From: an archaeon
GTDB taxonomy: Archaea; Iainarchaeota; Iainarchaeia; Iainarchaeales; JANQMZ01
Assembly (NCBI GenBank): GCA_028279805.1
Contig: JANQMZ010000007.1
Location: 150,001-182,000 of the forward strand
Reading direction: 5' to 3'
Length of the DNA stretch: 32,000 nt
The position numbers were made by a program, and so were the translations under genes. The notes beneath the pieces are model-generated. The model was not told the origin of the DNA. It saw only the letters and a program-made list of their open reading frames with translations, and ran no database searches. Shown here one piece after another: positions 31,847-32,000 of this stretch (the first letter of the stretch is position 1; each line of letters starts with the position of its first letter).

Positions 31847-32000
31847 TATTCAACCCTTAATGCTTCAACTGGGTCCATTTTTGAAGCCATGTAAGCTGGG
31901 TATAATCCTGCGAATAATCCGATTGAAACTGAAAACAAGAATACTTGGATTAATAATATTTCTGAAATGAAAACTTTTAAGCCGGATAAAAAAGAAATGT
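31847..32000 (-). CDS. 3' end of an FtsX/MacB-type ABC transporter permease (5' part beyond the window)
   Basis: My hand translation of the minus strand gives ...ISFLSGLKVFISEILLIQVFLFSVSIGLFAGLYPAYMASKMDPVEALRVE-stop. This is the canonical C-terminal motif of FtsX-like permeases. It is absent from the ORF track because it has no start in the window. Confidence 0.75.

Noticed and set aside
1-32000. CRISPR arrays, transposases or integrases, toxin-antitoxin pairs or known defence-system signatures (including reading the KaiC-like ATPase as a defence ATPase)
   Set aside because: There is no repeat-spacer periodicity. No recombinase, nuclease, RT or Cas-like motifs were seen in any long ORF. 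The partners of the ATPase are ligand-binding (V4R), DNA-binding and HD proteins, which points to signalling rather than defence.

Overview
This is a visibly AT-rich, tightly packed contig that looks archaeal. Supporting features are a Methanocaldococcus-type TyrRS, a RibL-type FAD synthetase, a KaiC-like ATPase, V4R proteins and a PGF-CTERM-like anchor. Ribosome-binding sites match GGAGGTGAT, several genes start with TTG or GTG, and 4-8 nt gene overlaps are common. A small-genome (DPANN-like) archaeon is my guess only. Bases 1-13.3 kb are mostly housekeeping: purS-purL-purQ, tyrS, ribL, a divergent purA/guaB pair, a udk-like kinase, a DUF4430/ECF-S-like pair, and a RimB-like protease with two RimK-like ATP-grasp genes. 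Bases 13.3-17 kb hold a wHTH / V4R / KaiC-like ATPase / V4R / HD cassette and uppS. Bases 17.06-21.3 kb are the most unusual part: five tandem, translationally coupled, deeply diverged paralogs of a winged-helix protein fused to a ~190-aa domain I cannot place. This array is bracketed by a recurring TCAACC/GGTTGA palindromic element. The same element also sits beside a GC-rich structured-RNA candidate (21.31-21.46 kb) and upstream of the envelope cluster. Bases 21.6-31.7 kb encode a membrane-anchored DsbA-like oxidoreductase, a glutaredoxin-like protein, and two giant secreted proteins. One giant is DUF2341+LamG and the other is an S8 protease with a Cys-rich repeat region. They share a ~430-aa C-terminal module, and each is followed by a small membrane-anchored protein. 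The window ends inside a minus-strand FtsX-type permease gene. I found no CRISPR array, rRNA, recognisable tRNA, transposase or integrase. All family assignments come from motif recognition by eye, with no database search.
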